NCBI GenBank assembly: GCA_951406725.2
Contig: OX597835.1
Span: 30,504,001 to 30,568,000, forward strand
Source: Octopus vulgaris
Taxonomy: Eukaryota
DNA length: 64,000 nt
Reading direction: 5' to 3'
A program made the translations under genes and the position numbers. Shown one piece after another: positions 14,211 to 27,959 of the stretch; position 1 is the stretch's first letter; each line of letters opens with the position of its first letter. The notes under the pieces were generated by a model, which was given only the letters and a program-made list of their open reading frames with translations, had not been told where the DNA came from and did no database searches.

Positions 14211-14964
14211 AATGCTGAAGCAACATTTCCATCTTAAACAACAAATTTTGATAGGTAGGGTCCTTCTAACGATCCTGTAATTGCTGGAGTGCATCACAAG
14301 TTGAAAAGTAGGATGTTGAACGTGATTGCGACTGTGTTACCGTACAGTATTGGAAACGATATTATCTATGAGTGTAGCGTACGATGACGTTATGAAAATA
14401 AAAGGGATTATATTTCTATGTGTTATAAGGGGATGCTTCATAATTAGCTATATTAGGAAAACATCTATATTCCATGGAGGATTAAACCAGACTGCTTTCC
14501 TACTTTTAAATTTCTTCGGATTTAAGAGTGATAAGGGAAATCCTACTTATTTACAGATTTATCAGTGAAGCAAATTATCGTTAATGTCTCGTCATTGGTG
14601 TGTGGCACTTTGGTGATTTCTATGAAATTCGTCTTGTCTATAGAGACTTGTACCAATCACGTGAGCTCATTTTTAACTGACACCATCCGGTTGAGTACAT
14701 CAGGAAATAAATGCAGTCGCTGACGCCTGTATCTTCTCTCTCTGCCATGTGAGTATAAAAATAAAGTAACTGATGTCACTACGAGAGCATGTATGTATGT
14801 ATGTATGTATGTATGTATGTATGTATGTATGTATGTATGTATGTATGTATGTATGTATGTGTGTATGTATGTATGTATGCATGCATGCATGTATGTATGT
14901 ATGTATATATGCATGTATGTATGTATGTATTTATATATGTATGTATATATGCATGTATGTATGT

Positions 14965-15079
14965 ATGATGGGTTCTTTGTCAAATTCGATTATGAGCAGT
15001 CAAATTATATCCAGTCTTGTGAATGGATTTGGTAGACGGAAAACTAAAAGAAACATTCATCTATGTATGTGTGTGTGTC

Positions 15080-15127
<48 letters not shown>

Positions 15128-15300
15128 TGTCTCAGCACTGCTTGATAACCACCTTTGGTGTGTTTACTTAGCAATTTGGTAAAAGAGAACGAGAGAATAA
15201 GTATCAGGATTACTGATGCTAGAGTAGACCCGTTCGACTGAAGTTATACAAAGCCATACCTCAGTATGACTGAAGCCTAATGGCCGAAACAAAGAATAAA
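14965..15300 (+). mobile_element. SINE family A, diverged 5'-truncated copy
   Basis: tcttgtgaatggatttggtagacggaaaactaaaagaa, an internal (TG)n tract, then gaataagtatcagg, as in other family A copies. Confidence 0.7.
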
Positions 15301-15560
15301 AAAGAAACGTGTGTGCGCGCGCAGGTTTATCTAGGTGCTTGTTTTTGCTCACCTAGAGTTTGATAACAAGTATATTTTGCTTACATCCCTGTAACACTAG
15401 CGGCGCGGCAAAACAAACTGAGAAAATAACTGCTAGACAATATATTATAAATAAATGCTAGCATCCTTGAAGGTGGTGGTCAAGTTAGGCTAAAGGCAAA
15501 TGGCTAAAACAATTAAGATACACATCACCATGCACATAAGTATATGTATCTATGTATCGA

Positions 15561-15641
<81 letters not shown>

Positions 15642-15730
15642 TTATCTATCTATCTATCTGTCTGTCTGTCTGTCTGTCTGTCTATCAACCTATATATATC
15701 TATCAATCAATCTATCTATCTATCTATTTA

Positions 15731-15799
<69 letters not shown>

Positions 15800-15800
15800 A

Positions 15801-15831
<31 letters not shown>

Positions 15832-16029
15832 AAGTCTATTAGTCCATATATCTATCTATCTTTCTATCTAGCTACCTATCTATGTGTGTGTCTATCTATC
15901 TATCTATCTATCTATCTATATATCTATCTATCTATCAATCTATCTATTGAGATATCTATTTGTCTATCTATTTATCTATCTAAACATACATATATACATA
16001 CATGCATGCATACATACATTCATACATAC

Positions 16030-16345
16030 TGGGCTATTTATAAGGAATTTGCAAATCCAGTACCCAAGATACACTTTCAGCTTCATAGCCATTATTATTG
16101 GAGCAACAGGATATATACGAATCTGTCTGGAGCAAAGAAAATGTGAACTTCGAATCTTGGGGAGAGAATTCCAATCCTTAATTCATACACTACATATGAT
16201 CATGATATCTGGGACAATAAAAACCTGCAAGACCTAAATCTTCAGATTTAAATGATGATGGTTGAAAGCAAGATAATTTCCTTCACAAACTTGCTCCCGA
16301 GGTTGCCTATCAGAATTTACTCTTAATTAGAAAGTGAAAAAGAAG
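16030..16345 (+). mobile_element. R4/Dong-like retrotransposon 3' end (restriction-like endonuclease C-terminus)
   Basis: [29 protein letters not shown]...LHMIMISGTIKTCKT* (end of ORF 15884-16237), flanked by (TACA)n. Confidence 0.7.
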
Positions 16346-16365
16346 GCACACATACATACATACAT

Positions 16366-16797
16366 AATGGCCGTCCACTCGTGACCGAGGAAGACCATTG
16401 CCGACCTTCAGGAAAATTGTGCGCTCTAGGACTAACTTATATTTCGCATTTGCAGCTCCGTTGGTGGCTAATGAACCCTGCTCTTGACAAGCATACACAA
16501 CTGCAAACATTGCAGACCAAGCTTTCCCCATTCGCTATACGAGTCGTGCGCTTTCGCGCAGCTCGCTTAAGTTCTTCATGCTGGATACGTGCTCTCTTAA
16601 ATGTGTCGCTCTCCTCCTTAACCTGCTTCCTCCATCTGTGGCGATGACAGGCATTGTTCTCCCAGTCAGTGTCCTGCATATCACAGGCCTTAAATGAGGA
16701 CTTGACACAGTCCTTAAATCGCAGCCTTGGTTTTTGCCGGAGTCTCCTTCCATTCACAAGTTCTCCATAGAGCATCTGCTTAGGAAGCCTGCTATCC
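16366..16797 (-). mobile_element. RTE-clade LINE 3' end, 5'-truncated
   Basis: ORF 16437-16775: LYGELVNGRR..QKPRLRFKDCVKSSFKACDM...WENNACHRHRWR...CNVCSCVCLSRAGFISHQRSC, a typical RTE C-terminus with a CxxC..SH motif. It ends in a (TATG)n tail. Confidence 0.88.
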
Positions 16798-16891
16798 TAT
16801 ACATACATACATATATACATACATACATACATACATACATACATACATACATACATACATACATACATACATACATACATACGTACATTAT

Positions 16892-17373
16892 GCTGAAGAT
16901 CAAATAAAACATGTATACCTACGATGAATTAATGAGAAATCTGAAGTTACTCTATCCTGATTACTAGTACAGGTATATACCTGTCTCTATTAGGGTCCTG
17001 GGATATGTAACACACTGCCTAAATACCAACCTAAAGAAACTAGGCTTCGCAAAAACCAGAACGGAGAAAGCTGACTCGAGGATTAGAGATTCAAGGAATC
17101 ACTGGAACTGTAGAAATATGTAAAACTTTCTAGAAGTTTATTATACCATTTAAGAATATAAGAGCATGTCTAGACATGTGACTGTATGCATTAGAATACA
17201 CACAAAAAACAAAACATAAAAATCTGAAAATATACATATATATACATACATACCTGCATACAAATAAAAACACCGTTGCTGATGCTGACAATCCAAATAA
17301 GGAGCCGTGGATCCATGTTAGAAACCGACTCTTTCTGTGTTGCCAAGAAATATTGAAATAAAACTGAATAATG
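16892..17373 (+). mobile_element. R4/Dong-like retrotransposon 3' end with 3' UTR, embedded in (TACA)n
   Basis: YDELMRNLKLLYPDY*YRYIPVSIRVLGYVTHCLNTNLKKLGF...EIQGITGTVEICKTF. The UTR ends aaatattgaaataaaactgaataatgac(atac)n, and the same UTR recurs at 54300-54430. Confidence 0.75.
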
Positions 17374-17981
17374 ACATACATACATACATACATACATACA
17401 TACATACAAACATATACACGTATATACATATAGATACACATACATGCATACACAATCGGAAGCACAAACACAATGTATTTATTAACAGACTTAAGAAATC
17501 GTTATCCACATGCATGCCAAAATTATGACTAGTTATAATGGAAACACGAATTAGCATGATGTTCAGGTGCCGCAAACGTCATTAAATACTAAACATTAGA
17601 CACAGTGCGTATAAAAATCGCATGAAAGACCTACAGAGTTGTAGATATACATATAGATATATACATAAATATATACAAACGTATATACATAGATGTATAC
17701 ATAACCTCACACACACGCAAATGTATATATATATATAAACACAGGTATGTAGATATGTATGCACAAAAGCGCACTGATACAGACACACTTGCACGTACGG
17801 TTGCATATATTTGCAGTAATCTGCATAAATATAAGTATATACATATGGGACTACGTATATACATACCGAAGTAAATAAGTATGTAATATATATATATATA
17901 AATATGTATATATATATGTATATAAATATGTATATAAATATATATGCATATATATATATATATATACATATATATACGTAT

Positions 17982-18036
<55 letters not shown>

Positions 18037-18389
18037 TAATATATATATATGTATATATATATTAATATATTATATATATATATATATATGCATACATACA
18101 TATTTGTGTGTGTGCGCGGATATTTATTTACCTACACACATATAAATCGTTATTGTATCAAATTCCGTTTCCGTCAAGTCCCAGTGTTCCTCCATGCTTG
18201 ATAAGAACTGTGATTAGAGATGATAGTCTGTAGGAATCTAATCCTAAATCTTCCTGTGATTGTCCTCAGCACCACCTGACTCTGCCTCTGTCACCATGCT
18301 TCAATGCACACTCTTAGACTTATCTATATACATGCTGTTATACAAAAATATACATCTTTACGAGATACACACATGTATAGAATCGCGCA

Positions 18390-18469
<80 letters not shown>

Positions 18470-18986
18470 TGTATGTATATGTATATATACACACACATAC
18501 ATAAATAAATACATACATACAACACTCATATATCTATGATATGCTACGATATGCTATGAAAATGTATATGTATGCACGTCTGTTTGTGTGTATGTATGCA
18601 TGCATGTGTGTACGTATGTGTGTGTTTGTGTGTGCTTCTGTGTGTGCATGTATAAGTTATCGGCACCACGTGACACTATCACTCCCTGGAGGGGCGTGTT
18701 GAGTAGGTATTGATGGTATGAGCTTACGTCTGGTTCCTTCTGGCCGACATTATAGCAGGCTTTCTCTCCGCCCGTTCATCTACGCAGTCACCAGCCAACC
18801 ACCATTTATAACTCAATATATATTTACATAAATACATACATAAATACACATGCATGTATATAAATATATATACATGCCCCCCCCCCACACACACACGCAC
18901 ATTGACATATATATATGTACAGTGTGAGGATGTACATATGCACTTTTCCTTAAATATGCATGTCTGTATACACACATATACATATA

Positions 18987-19081
<95 letters not shown>

Positions 19082-19142
19082 GTACATACATATGTGTAGT
19101 TATATATGTATGTATATATATATAAATATATATATATGTATG

Positions 19143-19187
<45 letters not shown>

Positions 19188-19281
19188 ATATATATAAATA
19201 TATGAATATACATACATATATTTATATATATGTACATATATACATACATAGAATATATAATGTATAAGTACACACATTCAA

Positions 19282-19332
<51 letters not shown>

Positions 19333-19380
19333 CATATATATGTGTGTGTATGTATAAATACACAGTATATATAATATGTA

Positions 19381-19429
<49 letters not shown>

Positions 19430-20125
19430 TTATTATTTTTTTATATTTTTATCTTAATAACGTATCAAGCATATGATATGATATTCTCTAATAGGAAGCC
19501 TTTTGATCCATACACACACACTGACACACACGCACGCACACACGCACGCACACGCACAGAGTGATGCTGTTAAAACAACGTTTGAACATTTCATCTTTCC
19601 GTCCAATTCGTTGATCAAAGACCTTCGGATCAACAAAGAAGGATTAAATAACGGCTCAAAAATATTATGATTGTTAAGTATTTAATCTAGTCTTAGTATG
19701 TTTGTCTCTGTATATGTACGTGTCGGAGTATGTGTGTGTGTGTGTGTGTGTATGTGTATATATATGTACGTATATTTGTATGCAAGTGTGTTTATTGGTG
19801 TAGTTGTATGTTTGAGTGTATCCATGTATGTGTGTATTTTGTTTCTGTCTGTATACATGTATGTGTGTCAATATGTGTATGTGTGAACGTGTGTCTCTGT
19901 GTTCATGATGTACTGGGGTGTATGTGTGTATGTGTGCGCATGCGTGTCTGCTTGTATGAGAATTATGTGTATGTGTGTATATTGAATTATATTATGTCTG
20001 TGATTGTACTTTGTACGTATACGTATATGTGTGAGTGTGTGTTGTATTCTGGAGGCATGTATGCGTGTTAGTTGTATACGTATTTATGTATGTATATATG
20101 TACGTATATTTTTATGTGCCTTTAC

Positions 20126-20179
<54 letters not shown>

Positions 20180-20233
20180 TCGTTAGCTCTTGCACGCCTC
20201 TGTGTGTTTGTGCCAATGTGTATATTTTATGTA

Positions 20234-20610
20234 GAGGCGCAATGGCCCAGTAGTTTGGGCAGCAGACTCGCGGTTGTAGAATCCTGGTTTCGATTCACAG
20301 ACCAGGTGTTGTGAGTGTTTATTGAACAAAAACACCTAAAGCTCCACGAGGCTCTGGCAGAGAGTGGTGGCGAGATCCCTGCTGTACCCTTTCACCACAA
20401 CTTTCCCTCTTTCTTTCTTTCTGTTGTACCTGTATTTCAAAGTGCCAGCCTTATCACACTCTGTGTCAAGCTAAATCTCCATCGAGAAGTACGGCAAGGG
20501 TACATGTGTCTTTGGAGTACTCAGCCACTTGCAAGTTAATTTCACGAGCAAACTGTTTCGTTGATTAGATCAACCAGAACCCGCGTCGTCGCAACCGACG
20601 GAGTGCCGCA
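20234..20610 (+). mobile_element. tRNA-derived SINE, family B, full length with TSD
   Basis: Head ggcgcaatggcccagtag...ggtttcgattc (A/B-box like). Target-site duplication gtatattttatgt (20220-20232) / gtatattgtatgt (20611-20623). Confidence 0.85.
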
Positions 20611-20646
20611 GTATATTGTATGTTTGCAGCTATGTCCAAGTGTATA

Positions 20647-20885
20647 AATAAAATAAATACGCCCTTTTAAAGCCTAGCCAGGTTCATGGGCCCAGTTTCC
20701 CGGTTTCAATGGCGTATGTGTTCCCCAGCTGGACCGGACGCGAGTCCATCGCTGCGTTACTCATTTTTACCAGCTGGGTGGACTGGAGCAACGTGAAATG
20801 AAGTTTTTGCTCAAGAACACAACGCGTTCTTACAATCTTACGATCGTGATGTTGACACCCTAACCACTAAGCCACGCACCTCTAC
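20647..20885 (-). mobile_element. tRNA-derived SINE, family C, with TSD
   Basis: Minus-strand head gaggtgcgtggcttagtggttaggg, body gtgttcttgagcaaaaacttcatttcacgttgctccagtccacccagctg, (TTTA)n tail. TSD atgtccaagtgtata (20632-20646) / atgtccatgtgtata (20886-20900). Confidence 0.85.
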
Positions 20886-21142
20886 ATGTCCATGTGTATA
20901 GCTTTCATTATGGCATATGCTTTTTGTCTGACTAATTTTAATCCTTCAGATAGTTCATGCATTATTGATTCTGTTATTATCATTTTTAAATTGTTATACT
21001 AGATAATAACATATTCAATGGTATCTTCGGAAATTGCTTTTTCGTGAATTACAGTTTTCCCGTGAATTATTTGCTCCGTATGTGGAGATATGTATATATG
21101 TATATATATTTATTATATATGTAAATGGATATATATGTAAAT

Positions 21143-21206
<64 letters not shown>

Positions 21207-21220
21207 GTATGTATGCATGT

Positions 21221-21255
<35 letters not shown>

Positions 21256-21379
21256 CGTAAATACATGTCTATATACATATGAATGCTTGTATATATTCAG
21301 CATTTATATATGCACATATGCATATATCTACTTATCTATTTCTCTCCTTTCTTACACTCATACATGCATACATACGTAC

Positions 21380-21431
<52 letters not shown>

Positions 21432-21599
21432 TATATTTATTAGCTCCTTTCTTGTACAACATCTACCAGCACAGAAGAAATTCGAAGGAAATTAAGCTCA
21501 CCTTATCCTCCTTCATAATATCTCATCTTTTGATTTACACCAAACACAAGTGTATATAAGCGGGCTCAGTCTGGAAACACGTGTATCTGTGCACACTCT

Positions 21600-21641
<42 letters not shown>

Positions 21642-21685
21642 TATATATTCATATATATGTATATGTAGTTTTGTATATATATATA

Positions 21686-21763
<78 letters not shown>

Positions 21764-21991
21764 GTACGTACATATGTATGTATGTATGTATGTATACATG
21801 TATCCACATATATATGTATGTGTCATTCTAGTACATATACGCGTATTATATTTTAATGAATATGCTTTGATTAGTTTTCATTCAATTCAGTCTAAACACA
21901 AACACTACACACATACACAGATACATACACACACATACTTACACATATATGAATGTGTGCGTGTGCGTCTGTGTGTATTTGTGTGTGTATA

Positions 21992-22070
<79 letters not shown>

Positions 22071-22184
22071 TTATGTATGTATATACGTATGTTTATTCTT
22101 CGCATTCTTCACACTCATTTCAGTTCAGATCCATTCATCTCATCTGCATCACATCGTTCTGTTTCTCTCTGTCTCTCTGTCTCT

Positions 22185-22239
<55 letters not shown>

Positions 22240-22339
22240 CACACAGACTTAAACACACAACCACACGCATATACACAGGACTCAACCACACACAAATACA
22301 CACATTGACGAAGATATATATACATGTATATATACAAGC

Positions 22340-22399
<60 letters not shown>

Positions 22400-22851
22400 A
22401 TATAAATTCACACACCACATAGGCATAAGTATATATGTATTGCGAAAGGCCACTATGATCCGCATTGACTTCCATACATATATCATAGACACTATCTAAA
22501 TATATTAATGATTCTCCACTGAAGCAAATCAGCGAAATAGATTAATCATTGAGAACATATTAAGTTGATAGGCACGTTCTCATCATTCGATGATCGCCGC
22601 CATATTTTTCTTCTACTTTTATAGTTTTACACTCAATAAGAAATAAAACTTGCACGCCGCCCACCGCAATTCCCATCATCTCCATCTTGCATTTGCTTTA
22701 TTTTCAACTGAACACCTTTTAAATGCTTCATATATGCTTTGTATATATTGCAAAGATTCTATGCATGTATATATGTTCTCTCTTTTTTTTTTTTAATTAT
22801 TAGAAATCTTCTTGTGAGGAAAGATTTGGTTTCGAGCAAAGATACAATGGT

Positions 22852-23133
22852 GGAGGCACATGGCCTAGTGTTTAGAGCAGCAGATTCTCGGTCGAGGGAT
22901 CGCGGGTTCGAACCTCAGACCGGGCGATGTGTGTGTTTATGAGCGAAACAACTAAGCTTCACGCGGCTCCGGCTGGCTCGTTCGCCACAACTTTCTCTCC
23001 CTCTTTCCTCCTGCATCTTGCAGCTCACCTGCGACGGACCGGTGTCCCGTACAGGTGGGGAACCTACACGCCAAGGAAACCGGGAAACCGGCCCTTATGA
23101 GCCAGGCATGGCTCGAGAAAGAACAAACCACAA
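22852..23133 (+). mobile_element. tRNA-derived SINE (family B head, family C-like tail) with TSD
   Basis: Head ggaggcacatggcctagtgtttagagc...gggttcgaacctc. TSD caaagatacaatg (22837-22849) / caaagataaaatg (23134-23146). Confidence 0.85.
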
Positions 23134-23164
23134 CAAAGATAAAATGTTCCGTTGCTGGAATATT

Positions 23165-23900
23165 GCTCAAAATTTACATTTTGAACTTTGGAAAAGCTTT
23201 ACACATTTGTATTATTCCTTCTACAGATTTGTAATCCGTTTACTGGTTGATTTCTGAAAAGCCTGATTCTTCCAGATTATCACAAGGCTAATTTGTAACA
23301 AAACCAATTATCCAAATCATTATTGATATATAAATGAATTTATAATTTGGTCGTATATCCTATGGATGTCTTGAAGCAGTTATTTGTAGTATCCTCTTTC
23401 TATTTGATTGCAGAAGGGCCGCTGATCTTTTTGACCACTCATAGCAGGTTTAGTTCGATGAAATCCACCCCAGTTCGTATCAATGAAACATTTTTGAATC
23501 TCAAATTCCAATTCCTAATTTAGGAAGAAAATATTTGTACATTTATAAACGGAGCTATCTGGGAACATATAAAGTTGATAAGCTATTTCTCATCATTCGA
23601 TAATCGTCGCTATATTTTTCTCCTACTTTTATAGTCTTAAATTCAATAAGAGTTAATCCTACTATTGTGAAATTTATGAAGAAAGTCGCACAAAGTTGTT
23701 AATAATCAATGATTCCATCTACAATAATTACATTGATTTCGGCATAAACCACTTTAAGACAAGATATAACCAACATTCATACACTCTTCATAATCCATGT
23801 AGGAAATTGAACATAATTTCGGTTGAAATATATTTGAGACTTAAATCAATGTTGTGTAATGTATAGGAAATTCTTCAGATTGTATAACCTTCCTTAAAAT
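23165..23900 (-). mobile_element. Highly decayed R4/Dong-like retrotransposon 3' region
   Basis: Minus-strand translation ends ...IIGFVTN*PCDNLEESGFS...SVEGIIQMCKAFPKFKM*, the same C-terminus as at 16030 and 16892. Confidence 0.55.
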
Positions 23901-24235
23901 TTACCTGTCGACTTTGCTTGACCGAAATAAAAGCATTTGTACTTGCGTAAGTGTGTTTATAGTAAGTGTGTTTACAATAAGTGTGTCTACGTAAGTGTAT
24001 TTACAGTAAGTTACACTGTGAGTAGAGTAAGTCGGAATTTATTTTACAAGAAGTCGGAATTTTTCTGCAGCGATGATGTTACGGTTTAGAATAGGTTGTT
24101 TCAAATTTTAACATTGAATACGCAGTAATTCTCAGTAAAATAATACCTGGTGAATAAATTTGGGATATATTCGTTTTGAATGTTTGTAATCCTGGCAGGA
24201 TTCGTACTCCTGTTGCTAAGTTATTCCTATCAACC

Positions 24236-24628
24236 AGGAGTGGCTGTGTGGTAAGTAGCTTGCTAACCAACCACATGGTTCCGGGTTCAGTCCCACTGCG
24301 TGGAACCTTGGGCAAGTGTCTTCTGCTATAGCCCCTGGCCGACTAATGCCTTGTGAGTGGATTTGGTAGACGGAAACTGAAAGAAGCCTGTCGTATATAT
24401 GTATATATATATATGTGTGTGTGCCTGTGTTTGTCACCCTAGCATTGCTTGACAACCGATGCTGGTGTGTTTACATCTCCGTCACTTAGCGGTTCGGCAA
24501 AAGAGACCGATGAAATAAGTACTGGGCTTACAAAGAAAAAGTCCCGGGGTCGATTTGCTCGACTAAAGGCGGTGCTACAGCATGGCCGCAGTCAAACGAC
24601 TGAAACAAGTAAAAGAGTAAAAGAGTAA
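24236..24628 (+). mobile_element. tRNA-derived SINE, family A, full length
   Basis: Head ggagtggctgtgtggtaagtagcttgc...ccgggttcagtccc, internal (TA)/(TG) tract, tail (gtaaaaga)n. At least 7 further copies in the window. Confidence 0.9.
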
Positions 24629-26175
24629 CCAAATAAATCGCAGGGTTGTTGTTTAAAATGTGTGTGTTTGTGTGCATGTGTGTATGTGCGTATGTATTTG
24701 CGTATGTATGTGCGCGCGCCCGTGTTTGTATGTGTGTGAAACAGAAATTGTTTATTCGTAATCGACTGAACGAAATGAAAAGTGAAATTTAAGTAACTAT
24801 TGTAAAAGTTCCAGCTATCGATAACAAATTATTCCACTTTATTTATTGTATTGAGTACTTTTTTGGAGTTCGTTTACACTAACTTATATTGTGTGAGTAG
24901 ATATGTGTGTATCTGTGAGTCTGTACATGTGTGTGTCTCTGCGTATGTGCTTGAGTGTTTGTATTTATTAGTCCATGTTCGGTTGCGTGAGAATGTAGGC
25001 GTGTTGGGCGACTGGGCCAGCCGTAACCAAAGTCCTATATTAATGTCTTTAGAAACGCTTCACTTATTTTCCAGATCTCTTCGCGTCTTTCAAGTGTGTG
25101 AGTTGTTATTAAATAGAGTCGGTAAAACATCAAAGGGGGTGAGAAAAAGTAGGGGGAAAGGAGGAGAAATAAAAGGAAAAAGGAACAACAACAACAACGA
25201 CAATAACGCCAATAAGAACGAGATTTAGAATGCAAACAAGATGAAATTATGAATAAAAATATGGAGCATTGGTGAAAAATAGGCTTCGGGCGTAATGCGG
25301 TTTTGAAATTTGCCGCTTCTTATTTTACGTATTAGGAAAACAACAACAACAACAGCAACAACAACGACGACAACGACGACGACGACGAGAAAGGGAAGAG
25401 GAAAGAGAAGATGATGTTGATGATGATGATAATGATGATGAGGAGGACGCGGTGGTGTTGCTACTGATGGTATTGCTGGTAGTGGATGGCGGCGTTGTTG
25501 GTGATGATGATGACGGTGATGATAATAATGATGGTGATAATGAAGATGATGTTGGTGGAGGTGGTGGAGGTTGTTTTGGTGGTGGTGTTGTTGGTAGTGA
25601 TGATAATGATGATGATGGTGTATGAGGCGGCGTTGGTGGTGGTAGTGTTGATGTTGGTCGTTGTGGGGGATTGTGTTGTTTGTGGTGATAATGATGATGA
25701 TGATAATGAAGATGATGGTGGTGGAGGTGGTGGTGTTGGTGCTGGAGGTTGTATTGGTGGTGATAGAGGTTGTTTTGGTGGTGGTTTTGGGGACGTTGGG
25801 AGTGATGGTACTGATGGTGGTGTGTGGTGTTGGTTGTGATGAGGATGATAATGGTGATGGTGATGATGACGATGATGATGATGATGATGAAGATGATGAT
25901 GATGAAGAAGATGATGATAATTAAGCAGTCGTGGTGGTTGTGTTGGTAGTGGTGGTGGAAGGACGTGTTGGCTGAAGTGATGGCGATGATAATTACGATG
26001 ATGATGATCATCATGATCATGATGAGAAGGATGATGAGGAGGAGAAGAAGGAGGGGTGGATGAGGCTAGCGTCGGCGGCCGTGATGATGATTGTGACGAA
26101 GAGGACAACGATAAAGAGGGTGAAGAATTGAAAAACGGTGAAAATAGTTACAACAACGATAACAACAGCAACAGC

Positions 26176-26206
<31 letters not shown>

Positions 26207-26959
26207 TCAACAACAAAAGCAGCGGTAACAACAACAAAACTTAAAAACAAAGCACGCGGCAGACAAAATTGCCAAAATGTAACTAAATCTAATTGTAATC
26301 TCAATGAATATATAAATTATTGGGCCATCAACCTGGAATGGAACGGCATAAGCTATTATTCTCTAAATAATTCTAAGATATTTGGTAAAAGTGAAGCAAT
26401 GGATGCTTAGTTCCAAGCGATTTAGATTTTATCAACTTGGTTGGGCGTCCCAATTTAGAAGTAGATCCAGATTAGATTTCTTTTGTTCTATAAACTAATT
26501 CTTAACACTGTCTTGATGTGCCTCTATGCACATTCGACGCAGCGTTATATCAATATATGAATGTGTGTGTGTATACACGTAGAAATATAGATATAAATCA
26601 TATAATTATATTTATATTTATACGTTTTTACATCTATCTATATAATATAATATATATGTATGTATATATATATATATATATGTATATATATTTGAAGTAT
26701 GAAGAAGAAAAACTGCCGACAACTGATGCAGGGCCATTTTTTATGTTGCTTGTCTTGTTTTCCATTTCTTTCTTTCGTTGTTCGAAAAAAAGGTCGTATT
26801 CCATGTTTTCATATTTCATGGTGTTTACGTTTTGTGGTGTCCTGTGCCCATATTTGCATGTGTAAATAGATATATATATGTATGTACGTATGTTTGTATG
26901 TATGCATATATATTTATATATTTACATTATTTATTTTATATATTTACATTATATTATAT

Positions 26960-27011
<52 letters not shown>

Positions 27012-27061
27012 TGTATGTATGTATGTATGTATGTATGTATGTATGTATGTATGTATGTATA

Positions 27062-27215
27062 TGAGTGGCTGTGTGGAAAGATGTTTGCTTCTCAACCACA
27101 TGGTTCTGGGTTCAGTCCCACTGCATGCCAAGCGTCTTCTACTATAGCTTCGGGCAAACCAAAGCCTTGTGAGTGGATTTGGTAGACGGACAATTGGAAG
27201 CCCATCGTGTGTATA
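27062..27215 (+). mobile_element. SINE family A, 5' part
   Basis: gagtggctgtgtggaaag...ctgggttcagtcccactgc...ccttgtgagtggatttggtagacgga. Confidence 0.8.
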
Positions 27216-27514
27216 TACATACGGTGTCAGTCTTTGCGACTTTTTCAATTTAGTGTAACGCACGAAAAAACAATTAAATTGAGGAAAAATTAAATGAAAT
27301 TGTTTTCTTTAAATATTTCCATAGTCTTCAAATACACAGGACATTTTCTTTTTTGTGTCGCTGTCTTTCTTTTACATTTGTGGTGGCTCGGCGCGGGGAG
27401 GTGTGAGTAGCAAGTCTGAAGGAATATATAATATGAGGGATCTGGATTCTTGGTTTTGATTGTTAATGAGGCAGTAGCCGAGGAAGGAGACGGCGAAGAA
27501 TACGAAAATTAAGA

Positions 27515-27522
27515 AGGAGAAG

Positions 27523-27553
<31 letters not shown>

Positions 27554-27790
27554 TGAAGAAGGGGGAGAAGGAGAAGGAGAAGAAGATTAAGAAGAAGAAG
27601 AAGAAGAAGGAGAAGAAGAAGAAGAAGAAGGGGAAGAAGAAGAAGAAGAAGAAGGAGAAGAAGAAGAAGAGGAAGAAGATGAAGAAGAAGAAGAAGAAGG
27701 AGAAGAAGAAGAAGAAGAAGAAGAAGGGGGAGGAGGAGACGAAGAAGAAGAAGGAGAAGAAGAAACAGGAAAAGAATAGAAAGAATAAGA
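27515..27790. repeat. (AAG)n purine-rich simple repeat
   Basis: Directly visible; it produces the poly-Lys pseudo-ORF 27553-27810. Confidence 0.95.
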
Positions 27791-27959
27791 AAAATACGAG
27801 AGTGGTATGACAGTAGTAGGCTTTTGGTGAAGTGCTCTTAAGTGGTCAAGTGACCTAATATTGACATGTGGTGGTTATAGTAGAAGTGATTGGAATTGTT
27901 CTGTTTTGAATACATCGCTTTTAACATTTGCGTGGGTAGTAATGTCACTGTGTTAGAGG

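Noticed and set aside
20234-20310. tRNA gene candidates (also at 22852, 24236 and 61437)
   Set aside because: The tRNA-like heads continue into SINE bodies, with TSDs in several cases, and lack a complete cloverleaf.
25325-26304. Long low-complexity ORFs on both strands
   Set aside because: Mixed (GAT)/(GGT)/(AAC) trinucleotide repeats; the same applies to 8250-11712 and 37134-38123.
27553-27810. Poly-Lys, protamine-like ORF
   Set aside because: Pure (AAG)n repeat with a TTG start; no unique coding signal.
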